This document shows, in pieces, positions 35,380 through 45,113 of a DNA stretch of 64,000 bases; within the stretch, counting starts at the first letter, position 1; every line of letters begins with the position of its first letter. The translations under genes and the position numbers were made by a program. The notes below the pieces were generated by a model that searched no databases, was not told the origin of the DNA, and was given only the letters and a program-made list of their open reading frames with translations. Source of the DNA: an uncultured virus (IMG/VR IMGVR_UViG_3300023110_000008) (Duplodnaviria; Heunggongvirae; Uroviricota; Caudoviricetes); the IMG/VR virus record IMGVR_UViG_3300023110_000008; one strand, written 5' to 3'.

Positions 35380-35919
35380 ATGAATTTATTTTACTTAGAC
35401 ACTAAACCTACTACATGTGCTAAACTGCACTGCGACAAACACGTGGTCAAAATGATCATAGAATATGCTCAACTTATGTCAACTGCTCATCGTATGTTAG
35501 ATGGTGTTGAGTATATGGATAAAACTAAGAATGGTAGAAACATTCGTAGATGGCGATTAAATGGTGCTTATAAAGAAGCAATGATTTACAAAGCTTCACA
35601 TATCAATCACCCTACTGCTGTCTGGACTCGTAAATCAAAAGGCAATTATGAATACTTGTACAGACTCTTTTGTGCTTTGTGTGATGAGTACACACATCGA
35701 TATGGTAAAGTTCATAAGACAGACGAATTGCTTAGAGACATTCTAGTTGATACACCAGATAATCTTCCTGATGGACGTTTTACAGCACCACCACCTGCAA
35801 TGCCAGATGATGTCAAAAATGCAAACGTCATTCTAGCGTATCAAAATTACTACAATAAATACAAAAAAGATTTTGCAAAGTGGACTAACAGACCAGTCCC
35901 AAGGTTTATGACAGCATGA
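35380..35919 (+). CDS. pyrimidine dimer DNA glycosylase-like protein (DenV family)
   Basis: MNLFYLD...HCDKHVVKMIIEYAQL.STAH, HINHP, EYTHRYGKVH. Confidence 0.85.
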   Translation: MNLFYLDTKPTTCAKLHCDKHVVKMIIEYAQLMSTAHRMLDGVEYMDKTKNGRNIRRWRLNGAYKEAMIYKASHINHPTAVWTRKSKGNYEYLYRLFCALCDEYTHRYGKVHKTDELLRDILVDTPDNLPDGRFTAPPPAMPDDVKNANVILAYQNYYNKYKKDFAKWTNRPVPRFMTA

Positions 35920-36128
35920 GAGTTCTAGTTCGAAACTATAGTACAGGCGAAGGTAGTGTTCGTATTTTTTCAGAGAGACCGTTCGGTTATAAACGTTATG
36001 TTGTAGAATGGAGATCAGACATTCAACCAGACTACGACTCTACACAAATGTATAGTGGTCTTTGGTATAAAGAAAAAGACGTAATAGAAGAGGTAGAGAA
36101 AACTCTTCATTTTGCAGGACAATTATAA
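35916..36128 (+). CDS. hypothetical protein
   Basis: 70 aa, coupled on both sides. Confidence 0.65.
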   Translation: MRVLVRNYSTGEGSVRIFSERPFGYKRYVVEWRSDIQPDYDSTQMYSGLWYKEKDVIEEVEKTLHFAGQL

Positions 36129-36427
36129 TGCCAATGTATACAGTACATAATTACGATACTGGAGAAACATATGATGTGTTTCTTAAGTTGGCTGAACGAG
36201 AAGAGTTTTTCGAAAACAACCCCAACATCAAACAATTGATATCAGCACCAAGTATTATTGGTGGTGTGACTAAACATAATGTTGGTGGTTTTGGTGAAGT
36301 CTTATCTAAAATCGGTGAAGCACACCCAGCCTCACCACTAGGTGATAGTCACGGCAACAAGTCACTTAAGAGAAGAAAAAGTGAACAGATTGTCAGAAAG
36401 CATATCGACAAACAGAACAAATCATAA
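36128..36427 (+). CDS. FmdB-like conserved T4-like protein
   Basis: MPMY...TGE...GFGEVLSKI...HP.S. Confidence 0.65.
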   Translation: MPMYTVHNYDTGETYDVFLKLAEREEFFENNPNIKQLISAPSIIGGVTKHNVGGFGEVLSKIGEAHPASPLGDSHGNKSLKRRKSEQIVRKHIDKQNKS

Positions 36428-36438
36428 TAGGATAGAGT

Positions 36439-37119
36439 ATGACTAAAATTAAGACCAGATTACTGGAGTTTGATGATCTAGAGCGTATCAGCTTAGACAC
36501 AATACAAGAAGACGGTAAAAGATTCTATGTAGATGGTCAAGGTCAAAAATATCCAAGTGTCACAACAGTTACAAGTTTACTTACAAGAGAACACATTCAA
36601 TTGTGGCGTAAGAGAATTGGTGAAGATAAAGCAGATGCTATATCTAATAGAGCTGCTAGACGAGGTACGGCATTTCACCAATTAGTGGAAGACTATCTTC
36701 GAAGAGAAAAAGAGTTCATAGAGTTTGATGATATTATCCAAGAAGGTATGTTTAAAGGTATTCGACCTGTATTAGATAGTATTGTACCTCTAGCACTTGA
36801 AGCACCATTATATTCTGTCAATCTTAAAATGGCAGGTCGAGTTGATTGTGTTGGTTTATTTGAAGACGTGTTATCTATTATCGATTTCAAAACATCATCT
36901 AAGATGAAGACAGATGATCAAGTTACACCTTGGATGATTCAAATGACAGCATACGCTATCATGGTAGAAGAGTTAACAGGCATAGAAGTTCCAGAAGTTA
37001 ATGCTCTCGTTGCTGTTGAAGGTCAAGCAGGATTTCAGTTGTTTTCTGGTGACCCACAAAATTACGTAGAACAATTATGGGATCTCAGAAAGAGATATGA
37101 GAATTTATACGGCGTATGA
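36439..37119 (+). CDS. PD-(D/E)xK (Cas4/RecB-like) exonuclease
   Basis: YPSVTT, RGT.FH..E.YL, AGRVDC, IIDFKTS, Q..AY. Confidence 0.88.
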   Translation: MTKIKTRLLEFDDLERISLDTIQEDGKRFYVDGQGQKYPSVTTVTSLLTREHIQLWRKRIGEDKADAISNRAARRGTAFHQLVEDYLRREKEFIEFDDIIQEGMFKGIRPVLDSIVPLALEAPLYSVNLKMAGRVDCVGLFEDVLSIIDFKTSSKMKTDDQVTPWMIQMTAYAIMVEELTGIEVPEVNALVAVEGQAGFQLFSGDPQNYVEQLWDLRKRYENLYGV

Positions 37120-37709
37120 TTAATATAGCAAAGTATGATCAACCATGGATTTCAATCGTAGATAATTTTTTGACAGAAGAAGAATGTGCTCATTTCATTA
37201 CACAATCTGTAAGTCAAATGAAAAAGGCATCTACTATTGCAGGTATGCATCATGCAAGAACTAATTCATATGCATGGTTAAAACATGATCATAGTGAGAT
37301 TACACAAAGAGTTGGAGATCGTATAGCACAAACAGTAAAGATGCCATTAGAAAACGCTGAGAGTTTTCAAGTTGTATATTATGATGAAGGCGAACAATAT
37401 CATTATCACTACGATGCATTCGATTATAATGCATTTACAGAAGAAGAAAAAACAAAACATTGGGACAGAGGTGGTCAAAGAATGTTAACTGCATTGTGTT
37501 ATCTAAACGATGGCTACAAAGGTGGTGAAACAGGATTTAATCAGTTTGGTATTAACGTTCAACCTAAAAAAGGTCGAATGATAGTGTGGTTCAATTGTGA
37601 ACCACGAACTAATAAAAGGGCAGAAATCTCTCAACACGCTGGTTTACCAGTTACGTATGGTGAGAAGTATGCTATGAATCTCTGGTTCAGAGAAAGTAAA
37701 TTTACGTAG
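37116..37709 (+). CDS. prolyl 4-hydroxylase-like 2OG-Fe(II) oxygenase
   Basis: NFLTEEEC, QVVYY..GEQY..HYD, QR..T.L.YLN...GGET, H.G.PV..GEK..NLW. Confidence 0.9.
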   Translation: MINIAKYDQPWISIVDNFLTEEECAHFITQSVSQMKKASTIAGMHHARTNSYAWLKHDHSEITQRVGDRIAQTVKMPLENAESFQVVYYDEGEQYHYHYDAFDYNAFTEEEKTKHWDRGGQRMLTALCYLNDGYKGGETGFNQFGINVQPKKGRMIVWFNCEPRTNKRAEISQHAGLPVTYGEKYAMNLWFRESKFT

Positions 37710-37717
37710 GAGTAATT

Positions 37718-38176
37718 ATGAGTGAAGTGAAAATTGAAGTCGGTAAGACTTATGAAATCTCATGTGCAAACAAAAAGAGTGTATATGAGTTAGAGTATTG
37801 GGCAGATGCCTATGGTGAAGATGCCAAAAAGCGTATCAAAACAGAAACCATGTGGCGAAACGGTGAGTGGTTAATCACACCAACGAATGAAGATGAAGTC
37901 GAAATGCTAACAGATGCAATGACTCAAGGAGATTCTGATTGGTTTGAACCACAAGTATTTGAAGAAAATGAGTTCTTAGAATGTTGGGATGGTTGTTCAT
38001 TCGATGTTGAAATACTAGAGTTTGATGGCGATGATGATGAAAGATCAACATTAATTGAAAATATTGAAGACGAAGGAACTGGTTGGTTCATGGACAATGA
38101 TTGGGATACCTATGATTGTGAATATCTATTCTATGGTCCAATTGTAGTAGAAGAAACAGATAAGGAGATATTCTAA
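37718..38176 (+). CDS. acidic hypothetical protein
   Basis: 152 aa, SD AGGAG. Confidence 0.7.
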   Translation: MSEVKIEVGKTYEISCANKKSVYELEYWADAYGEDAKKRIKTETMWRNGEWLITPTNEDEVEMLTDAMTQGDSDWFEPQVFEENEFLECWDGCSFDVEILEFDGDDDERSTLIENIEDEGTGWFMDNDWDTYDCEYLFYGPIVVEETDKEIF

Positions 38177-38517
38177 TGGCAGATTTTTATAACGAAGAGA
38201 AGTTTACTCTAAAACAAGATTGGAATTGGGGTAAGATATTTCATAAAGCAGATGATTGGATTCATCAACAAGCATACGATAATGCATATGACAGTATGTT
38301 AGAGTATCTTGAAATAGGAAGTGAAGACGAACTTACCGAAGTTCACTTAGACGAATGTCAAGCACTTATTGATTACTTAGAAACTCCTTATTCAGAAGAT
38401 GGACAAGGTATGGATATGAATGGTCATAGTCCAACATACTATGCATACTATAGAGTCATGATGGATTGGATTGAGAACTTTGATTACGATGAAGTTCAAG
38501 GAGCACCATTATCGTGA
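38176..38517 (+). CDS. acidic hypothetical protein
   Basis: 113 aa, TAATG coupling. Confidence 0.7.
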   Translation: MADFYNEEKFTLKQDWNWGKIFHKADDWIHQQAYDNAYDSMLEYLEIGSEDELTEVHLDECQALIDYLETPYSEDGQGMDMNGHSPTYYAYYRVMMDWIENFDYDEVQGAPLS

Positions 38518-38747
38518 TAGGCAAAAAAGAATTTACAGAACAAGTAGAACGTCTACTAATAGGAAACAAGGCAGATGTTATGAGTGCCATACTTAAAGTA
38601 TGTGAAACAAATAACATAGAACCAGAAGGTGCAAAAAGACTTCTTTCAACTCCTCTTAAAGAGAAACTAGAGGCAGAGGCAAAAGGTCTTAAACTAATAG
38701 AGAGAGGCAAAACAACGAGAGCGTCTCTTTCTTCTTTTTTTAACTAG
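38514..38747 (+). CDS. gp33: late promoter transcription co-activator (gp33)
   Basis: F...VE...AI...CE.N.IE.E...L.S..LKEKLEAEA..L; position before gp59/gp32. Confidence 0.85.
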   Translation: MIGKKEFTEQVERLLIGNKADVMSAILKVCETNNIEPEGAKRLLSTPLKEKLEAEAKGLKLIERGKTTRASLSSFFN

Positions 38748-38756
38748 GAGTATATT

Positions 38757-39050
38757 ATGAAAAAAGGTGATGTAGTATCAGTTGTAACCGTTAGCGGTGA
38801 ATACGTTGGTAAAATGAGAGAATGGTCAGACAAAGGTCTAGTGATCGATGACCCTCGTATGATTTTATCTAATCCTGAAACAGGTCAAATGGGATTTGCT
38901 AAAGGGATTGCAGTTACAGGTGAAGAGAATCCAACCGAAGCAACTTTCAGTACAGTTGTCTTCGTATGTAAATCAAACGATAAGGTTACTGAAGCACACC
39001 AACTTGCTACAGGTTCAATTGTAACACCAGATAGTAAGATCGTTAAGTAG
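38757..39050 (+). CDS. hypothetical protein (Sm-like fold candidate)
   Basis: GDVVSV....GE.VG. Confidence 0.65.
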   Translation: MKKGDVVSVVTVSGEYVGKMREWSDKGLVIDDPRMILSNPETGQMGFAKGIAVTGEENPTEATFSTVVFVCKSNDKVTEAHQLATGSIVTPDSKIVK

Positions 39051-39643
39051 TGAATAGTAGAGATAGTTTTGATGCTTATCAGTTGTATCTTGGTATAAAG
39101 TTACACTTTTATACCGACAGTTATAACTTCATTCAGTACAATGGTAAAGTCAAAGCTGATCTCAAATCATTTCTTAAACGTAACGATAGGTTTCAATTTG
39201 GTAAACTAGCACGTAAGTATAATAGAGACTTACAAGATTTCTATATTGCGAATCTTTCATTCAAAGACTATTGGGTTGGTGATCTATTAGAACCAGATGC
39301 ACACAAACGTTACACTGAATGGAAGAAACGTAATCAAAAGCTAAAGTATATGTTCGAAACAGAGGTAGGAAAGATCCTGGAAAAGAAGAAAATACAAGAG
39401 GTTTTGAAGGTAGAAAATGGAAGTCATCCATGGCTTCTGAAACAATACTTAGCAAATAACATATCAATTGAAACAATGTCTATACTAGATTCAATAACAA
39501 ACTATAGTACAGACTGGAGAAAACTTATATCAGAAACTATAATCTATCCTGATATACAGAACAAGATAGACAAATACAAAGTATTCTTATCATACGATTA
39601 CGATAAGTTTAAAAAACTATTAATTAAATTATGCTCACAATAG
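39050..39643 (+). CDS. gp59: helicase loader (gp59)
   Basis: FDAYQLYLGIKLHF..SY.F..YNGK...F.KR.DR..F.KL. Confidence 0.9.
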   Translation: MNSRDSFDAYQLYLGIKLHFYTDSYNFIQYNGKVKADLKSFLKRNDRFQFGKLARKYNRDLQDFYIANLSFKDYWVGDLLEPDAHKRYTEWKKRNQKLKYMFETEVGKILEKKKIQEVLKVENGSHPWLLKQYLANNISIETMSILDSITNYSTDWRKLISETIIYPDIQNKIDKYKVFLSYDYDKFKKLLIKLCSQ

Positions 39644-40389
39644 TAGGTAACGGACCTAGTAGACTCAACTATGATCTTAATGAGTTAGATCACTGGTGGG
39701 GTTGTAATGCTATTTACCAAGATTGCATTCCTGATTTACTGTTTGTGAGTGACTTAGCACCTCAAAGAGAGGTGTTGTTAAATAATTATTACCATGATCA
39801 TAAGATAGCAGTGGGTTCATGGGAGATACATGGCATTGAAATGCTTGAATTGATGCGAACAGGATTTGAATATTCGCACAATGATATCCGTGTAGATGTT
39901 GACTTAGAGAAACACGATAGATTTATAATACAAGGTAATGATTCGTATGTTGACTTCGTGGGTATATCCAGCTCTCACGGAAACAACATAGTTATGTATA
40001 ATATTCCGCTGCTCAAGAACATGTTTACAGGTTTATGTGCTGTAGGTCATGCTATAACACAAGGTCATAAAGAGGTATGCTTACTTGGATTTGATGCTTT
40101 ACAATATGATAATCCAGGTAATGTTTATGAAGGTAGATACAATTATTTACCTAAATATACCAAAGAGGAACGTGTGTACACAGCACAACGTTCTCAGTTT
40201 ATTGCTTTATTAAAGAAGTTTCCAGATATTGATTTTTATTGGAAAAACTCACTAGATGAAAACGAAAAAATAGAGTATAATAAACTTGATTACTATGAAA
40301 GTAGTGATAGGTGGATTCTTGGTCACGGCTTCGAAAATGACTTCATTGAACTCGAACTCGAAATACCAGACGAAGAATCTTTAGATTAA
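39631..40389 (+). CDS. DUF115/Maf-like (sialyltransferase-fold) protein
   Basis: IVGNGPSR, GCNA.Y...PD.L...D, LLGFD. Confidence 0.6.
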   Translation: MLTIVGNGPSRLNYDLNELDHWWGCNAIYQDCIPDLLFVSDLAPQREVLLNNYYHDHKIAVGSWEIHGIEMLELMRTGFEYSHNDIRVDVDLEKHDRFIIQGNDSYVDFVGISSSHGNNIVMYNIPLLKNMFTGLCAVGHAITQGHKEVCLLGFDALQYDNPGNVYEGRYNYLPKYTKEERVYTAQRSQFIALLKKFPDIDFYWKNSLDENEKIEYNKLDYYESSDRWILGHGFENDFIELELEIPDEESLD

Positions 40390-40440
40390 TACAATGCGAT
40401 ACAATGCTAATACAATGCGATACTATAGGAGAATACAATG
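40388..40440 (+). repeat. ATACAATG repeats in the gp32 leader (putative translational operator)
   Basis: AATACAATGC-GATACAATGC-TAATACAATGC-GATACTATAG-GAG-AATACAATG(start). Confidence 0.7.
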
Positions 40441-41337
40441 TCGACATCATTAGATAAACTAAGGGCAGCAATGGAAACTGCCTCACCAACTCAAGGTGAA
40501 ACAAAATCCTACGATGATGATAAGTACTGGAAACCAGAATTAGATAAATCTGGTAACGGATATGCAATCATCAGATTCCTACCAACACCTGAAGGAGAAG
40601 AAATGCCATGGGCATCTTACTTCGACCATGGGTTCCAAGGACCTGGTGGGTGGTACATAGAGAAGTCTTTGACAACTCTAGGTAAAAAAGACCCTGTGTC
40701 AGACTACAACAGTCAGTTGTGGAATACAGGCATCGAAGCCAACAAAGAGATTGCACGTAAACAGAAGCGTAGACTTCATTATGTGTCTAACATCTATGTT
40801 GTTTCAGACCCTAAGAATCCTCACAACGAGGGTAAAGTTTTCTTATACAGATATGGTAAGAAGATTTTCGAAATGTTGAAAGAAGCAATCTCACCTGCTT
40901 TTGAAGATGAGAGTGCTATTAACCCCTTTGATCTCAGAGAAGAAGGTGCGAACTTCAAAATCAAAATCAGAAAGGTTGATGGTTATTGGAACTATGACAA
41001 GTCAGAGTTCGATACTCAAATGCCACTGTTTGACGATGAAGCTCAGTTGAATACTATATATTCTTCACTGAATTCTTTGAACGAGATTATATCACCTGAT
41101 CAATTCAAATCCTATGATGAATTGAAAGAGAAACTAGACAGAGTTCTAGGTCTCTCAGGTAACGTCTCAACATCAACTGCTGAATCAGTTGCAGAAGACC
41201 TAGAAGAAGTGCCTTGGTCTAATGTCAACACTGAAGCGGTTGCAAATGAGCCTGTAATCTCATCAGCAGAAGCATCTGTCGGAGAAAGTTCAGATGATGA
41301 TGCGATGGATTACTTTAAGAAGTTAGCTGATAGCTAA
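40438..41337 (+). CDS. gp32: single-stranded DNA-binding protein (gp32)
   Basis: WKPELDKSGNGYA.IRFLP, HGFQGPGGWYIE, YGKKIF, NYDKSEF, C-terminal DDAMDYFKKLA. Confidence 0.97.
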   Translation: MSTSLDKLRAAMETASPTQGETKSYDDDKYWKPELDKSGNGYAIIRFLPTPEGEEMPWASYFDHGFQGPGGWYIEKSLTTLGKKDPVSDYNSQLWNTGIEANKEIARKQKRRLHYVSNIYVVSDPKNPHNEGKVFLYRYGKKIFEMLKEAISPAFEDESAINPFDLREEGANFKIKIRKVDGYWNYDKSEFDTQMPLFDDEAQLNTIYSSLNSLNEIISPDQFKSYDELKEKLDRVLGLSGNVSTSTAESVAEDLEEVPWSNVNTEAVANEPVISSAEASVGESSDDDAMDYFKKLADS

Positions 41338-41351
41338 TTTCTTGGAATAGG

Positions 41352-41508
41352 GAGTAGTCGTTTTTTATTATGTGTCCTATGAAAGCGACTACTTGACTGA
41401 GACCGTGGAAATGGGGGAACTCAGTATGGGTAAGGATATCGTGAAAAAGCGGGATATCTCGTGTAGAGCGGGCTGCTGTAACAGTTTGGGGCGACTACAC
41501 CTTTTTTT
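41352..41508 (+). ncRNA. putative structured RNA (four consecutive hairpins ending in a T run)
   Basis: AGTAGTCGTTTT/AAAGCGACTACT, ACTGAG/CTCAGT, GATATC/GATATC, GTGTAG/CTACAC then T7. Confidence 0.5.
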
Positions 41509-41518
41509 AAAAAGTCAC

Positions 41519-41548
41519 TAGACAGTAACTAACAATTTTTAATATAAT
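41519..41548 (+). promoter_or_regulatory. sigma70-type promoter of rpsU
   Basis: TAGACA-18-TATAAT, 6 nt before ATG. Confidence 0.65.
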
Positions 41549-41554
41549 ATAACT

Positions 41555-41788
41555 ATGACAAGTGTAAAACCAAGGCAACACCCTAAGACTAGGAACGTTG
41601 AACCTTTTGATCGTATGTTACGTAGATTTAAAAAACTATGTGACAAGAAAGGCATCGTCAAAGAAGTGAGAGACAGAGAACATTATGTCAAACCTTCAGT
41701 GAAGAGAAACGAGAAGAATCAAGCTATCAAAAGAAAGCGTAAGTTAGAGGCTAAGAGGTCTCAACAAAAGGGTTATAGACGTAGATAG
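41555..41788 (+). CDS. rpsU: ribosomal protein bS21
   Basis: [28 protein letters not shown]. Confidence 0.92.
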   Translation: MTSVKPRQHPKTRNVEPFDRMLRRFKKLCDKKGIVKEVRDREHYVKPSVKRNEKNQAIKRKRKLEAKRSQQKGYRRR

Positions 41789-41874
41789 TGATCTACAATA
41801 AACTTAAATCAGCTGCATATGGTGAGGGAAGAAAATACTTTCGTTGGTGGTTGATTTGGACAAATAGATTATGA
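41788..41874 (+). CDS. 28 aa peptide linking rpsU and gapA
   Basis: GTG start overlaps the rpsU TAG; its TGA overlaps the GAPDH ATG; MIYNKLKSAAYGEGRKYFRWWLIWTNRL. Confidence 0.5.
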   Translation: MIYNKLKSAAYGEGRKYFRWWLIWTNRL

Positions 41875-42881
41875 TTAGAGTAGGTATAAATGGATTCGGT
41901 CGAATAGGTAGAAACGTCCTAAGGGCGATCTACGAGAGAAATGATTATGACGTAGAAGTTTGTCAAGTAAATGATTTAGGTGATATACATTCCAATATAC
42001 ATTTACTTAAGTACGATTCTACACACGGTAGATTTAACAAAGATGTCTTTGCATTGCCTGAAGGTGGTTTTAGAATACAAGATAAGAATTATCCTGTTGC
42101 TAATTCAAATCATTTAAACATTGAGTATCACTCTAAAAGAAACCCTAGTCTTGTACCATGGAATTGTGATGTACTTATAGAATGTACAGGTGCATTTACA
42201 GACGGAGATCGGTTTCGAAATATGCCATGGCAAACAATCATAGCACAACCTGCTTCTAACGTAGACAAGACCATTGTCTATGGTATCAATCACAAAACAA
42301 TCGAAGACACCGATAGAGTCTTCTCTAATGCATCATGTACTACAAACTGTATATCATGGTTAGCAGATATCATTGATGAGACATTTGGACTTGAACATGG
42401 TTTTATGAATACAGTTCATGCATACACCAACGACCAAGTTATAGTAGACTCTCACCATAAAGATAAGTATCGAGCAAGATCAGGTGCAAACAATATCATA
42501 CCTACAAAAACAGGTGCAGCTGAAACAGTTGCTAAGATACTACCACATTTAGAAGGCAAACTTACAGGATTTGCAACACGTGTACCTGTACAGAACGTTT
42601 CTATGTTAGACTTTACATTTAGAACAGAACGACCTACAACAAAGGCAGAGATTAGAGATAATCTCAGATTAAGAGAAGTGCAATGTCCTGAGTTCTTTGG
42701 ATTATCAGAAGAACCACTAGTTAGTTCAGACTACAACCATGATACGAGATCATGTATCGTTGATTGGAATCAAACTCAGTTCTTAGATTCAAGAACCTTT
42801 AGACTTGTTGCATGGTACGATAACGAGTGGGCATTTGCCAATCGTTTAATTGATTTGGTGCGACATGTCGGGAAAAGGTAG
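41871..42881 (+). CDS. gapA: type I glyceraldehyde-3-phosphate dehydrogenase (Epd not excluded)
   Basis: GINGFGRIGR, LLKYDSTHG, SNASCTTNC, TVHAYTNDQ, NIIPTKTGAA, WYDNEW. Confidence 0.9.
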   Translation: MIRVGINGFGRIGRNVLRAIYERNDYDVEVCQVNDLGDIHSNIHLLKYDSTHGRFNKDVFALPEGGFRIQDKNYPVANSNHLNIEYHSKRNPSLVPWNCDVLIECTGAFTDGDRFRNMPWQTIIAQPASNVDKTIVYGINHKTIEDTDRVFSNASCTTNCISWLADIIDETFGLEHGFMNTVHAYTNDQVIVDSHHKDKYRARSGANNIIPTKTGAAETVAKILPHLEGKLTGFATRVPVQNVSMLDFTFRTERPTTKAEIRDNLRLREVQCPEFFGLSEEPLVSSDYNHDTRSCIVDWNQTQFLDSRTFRLVAWYDNEWAFANRLIDLVRHVGKR

Positions 42882-43032
42882 TAAAAGAAGACCACAGGTC
42901 ATTTCAAACGATCAGTTTGCTCAGGCGTGGGATAATATCTTCACTCGTAAGGTAACGCCAGATCATGGCAAGACCCAAGTTCATAAAGATAAGACTAAGG
43001 TAATTCCTAGAAAACAGAAATATAAAGATTAA
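42865..43032 (+). CDS. small basic conserved phage protein
   Basis: MSGKGSKRRP...WDNIF. Confidence 0.65.
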   Translation: MSGKGSKRRPQVISNDQFAQAWDNIFTRKVTPDHGKTQVHKDKTKVIPRKQKYKD

Positions 43033-45110
43033 TCACTAGCTGTTTTGGGAAATAAGGCAGAATTCAAGTGTGAAACTCTATTGCCGTATTCACCTTGAGA
43101 GTAATTGGTATTATTAGTTTGAATAACGCTAGTAGCATTAATATCATTAGCAGAAGCGTAATTTCCTAGAGCTTCATATAATTCCTCTATGGTTATGCCT
43201 GTATTAGCTGCAATTGATTCTATAGTGTCATTAATTTCTCTTTGAGAATCTTTAAAACTATCAAATTCTCCTTGTTCGTCTGTTGAGGTTGTCCAATCCC
43301 ATGCATCACCATTTTTTGCATACCAATCATTAAAGTTTTGCATATCTTTCAACATAGTTAAGAATTGAGGACCCAAAGCATCTGCCTCTTCTTGCCATGC
43401 TGCAAATACACCTTCACCATATGTCGTATCTGGATCAGGTGTAAGTTCAACAGCACCTTCATATGATTGGAGATTAACGCTATCCATTATTTGTTTGTCT
43501 ATTTGTGCTTCAGCCCTGTCAATAATTTGTTGTGCTCTCCTTAGTTTCGATTCGTCAGATTCATCATCTAAACTACTCATACCAAAACCACCATATGGTG
43601 AACTATTTGCGGACATAAGTGACAGATTCATATTTTGAGTACCAAGGTTTTCCGCCAATTCTTCAACAGTTTTAATTCTAAATCCACCACCTTCTACTTT
43701 TTCAAATGGTGAACTAAGATCACCTGCGCCTGTGAACATTCCAAGATTGTTGTCATTTGCTGCCACTGAGAAAGTTTGATCGTGTATTGGAATCATTACA
43801 TTGCCATCTGCTCCAACTTGATAACCAGTGCTATATCTAAGAGCTTGATATTTGTCGAAAGATGCATCGTTTAAGAACTGGTCTTCTGTTACTGGTGAAC
43901 CATCTGGATTTGATAGAGTTAAATAACCATCAAAAGTATCAGGCATAATTAAATTGTCATCAATATTTCTGGCCTCAACATCTACATTATCTATCTTAGA
44001 TTCTTCTATAACTTTACTGATATTTTCAACATTTTGTTTGCCAATCTCGGTACTAGAGTCTAATTGTTGTTCATTAATTCTATCGACTACCTCTTCTGTT
44101 GCTCTTAAAACTTGTCCTTCTGGATCATATTCTCTTGTGATGACATCGCCAATGACTCCTGTTCTTTCGTCTGCGAACATATTCTTTCTATACTTTTCAA
44201 GTTCTTCAGGACCTATAATACCATCTCTTGCCAATTTATCAAAAGCTTCTTTTAAACCAAATAACATTTCTTCATCTGTATACTCACCTTTACGAAGTCT
44301 TTCTTCTGCAGCCTTAATTTCTTCTTCGGATGCTCCTGTTCGTTTCATTGTTTCGAGATTGGTTTTCGCTGTTGTTTTTAGATATTCACCAACATCATCC
44401 ATGTACTTGTTAGACGATAAATTCATTGCTATCTGTTCTTGTTGAAGTTGTTCAACGAGCTCGTCTTTACCAAAAACTTTAGCTATACCAATAGAAATAT
44501 TGTAACCCATGTTTCTAAGACCAGTGACAAACTCACCTTTCTTAAAATAGTTCCACAACGCCATGATTCCAAGAACTAAAGCACCAAGTAACAGACCCCA
44601 ACCTAGAATTGGCAATAGTAAACGACCAATACCACCTAATAATCCGCCTCTTGCTTTAGCGTCTTTTTTGTCTTTATCCTTTATGTCTTTTTTCTTTTCT
44701 TTCTTACGTTTCTTATCATCATCTTTGTCTTTCTTTTTAAAGATAGCTTTTAAAGGAACTGCAAGAATCTTGCCAAGACCCATTATAATATCAAAGACTG
44801 CTTTGAGTTTATCGAACAACATTTTCAGAGGTGTAAACATAGCACCGCCTCCGCCAAACAATTCATTAACACCACCCTTAATTTGATCAGTACCTTCTTT
44901 AAAAGGCTCAAACGCCTTCTTCATAGTTTCTTGGAAGTTCTTAAAGAATTCTTTCTGATTTTTTACGGTGTTGGTATCATCTGTTTTCTTACCATTTTTA
45001 CCATTTTTTTCATTGACTACTGTGAATTCAGCATCTATGATTGTAACAGGTAATGCTTTAGATGTTTTTCCGCCACCAGGATTTGGATTTGGTAATGCTA
45101 ATGTCGCCAT
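43029..45110 (-). CDS. putative tail tape measure / baseplate hub protein (gp29-like)
   Basis: 693 aa, helical with TM segments, located downstream of gp26/gp51. Confidence 0.55.
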   Translation of the reverse strand: MATLALPNPNPGGGKTSKALPVTIIDAEFTVVNEKNGKNGKKTDDTNTVKNQKEFFKNFQETMKKAFEPFKEGTDQIKGGVNELFGGGGAMFTPLKMLFDKLKAVFDIIMGLGKILAVPLKAIFKKKDKDDDKKRKKEKKKDIKDKDKKDAKARGGLLGGIGRLLLPILGWGLLLGALVLGIMALWNYFKKGEFVTGLRNMGYNISIGIAKVFGKDELVEQLQQEQIAMNLSSNKYMDDVGEYLKTTAKTNLETMKRTGASEEEIKAAEERLRKGEYTDEEMLFGLKEAFDKLARDGIIGPEELEKYRKNMFADERTGVIGDVITREYDPEGQVLRATEEVVDRINEQQLDSSTEIGKQNVENISKVIEESKIDNVDVEARNIDDNLIMPDTFDGYLTLSNPDGSPVTEDQFLNDASFDKYQALRYSTGYQVGADGNVMIPIHDQTFSVAANDNNLGMFTGAGDLSSPFEKVEGGGFRIKTVEELAENLGTQNMNLSLMSANSSPYGGFGMSSLDDESDESKLRRAQQIIDRAEAQIDKQIMDSVNLQSYEGAVELTPDPDTTYGEGVFAAWQEEADALGPQFLTMLKDMQNFNDWYAKNGDAWDWTTSTDEQGEFDSFKDSQREINDTIESIAANTGITIEELYEALGNYASANDINATSVIQTNNTNYSQGEYGNRVSHLNSALFPKTASD

Positions 45111-45113
45111 TTA

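Noticed and set aside
36439..37119. Cas4 as part of a CRISPR system
   Set aside because: No Fe-S cysteines, array or other cas genes; ordinary T4-like exonuclease.
40388..40440. CRISPR-like or iteron array
   Set aside because: Units are 10-11 nt with no spacers; fits a gp32 leader. No CRISPR array seen anywhere in the window.
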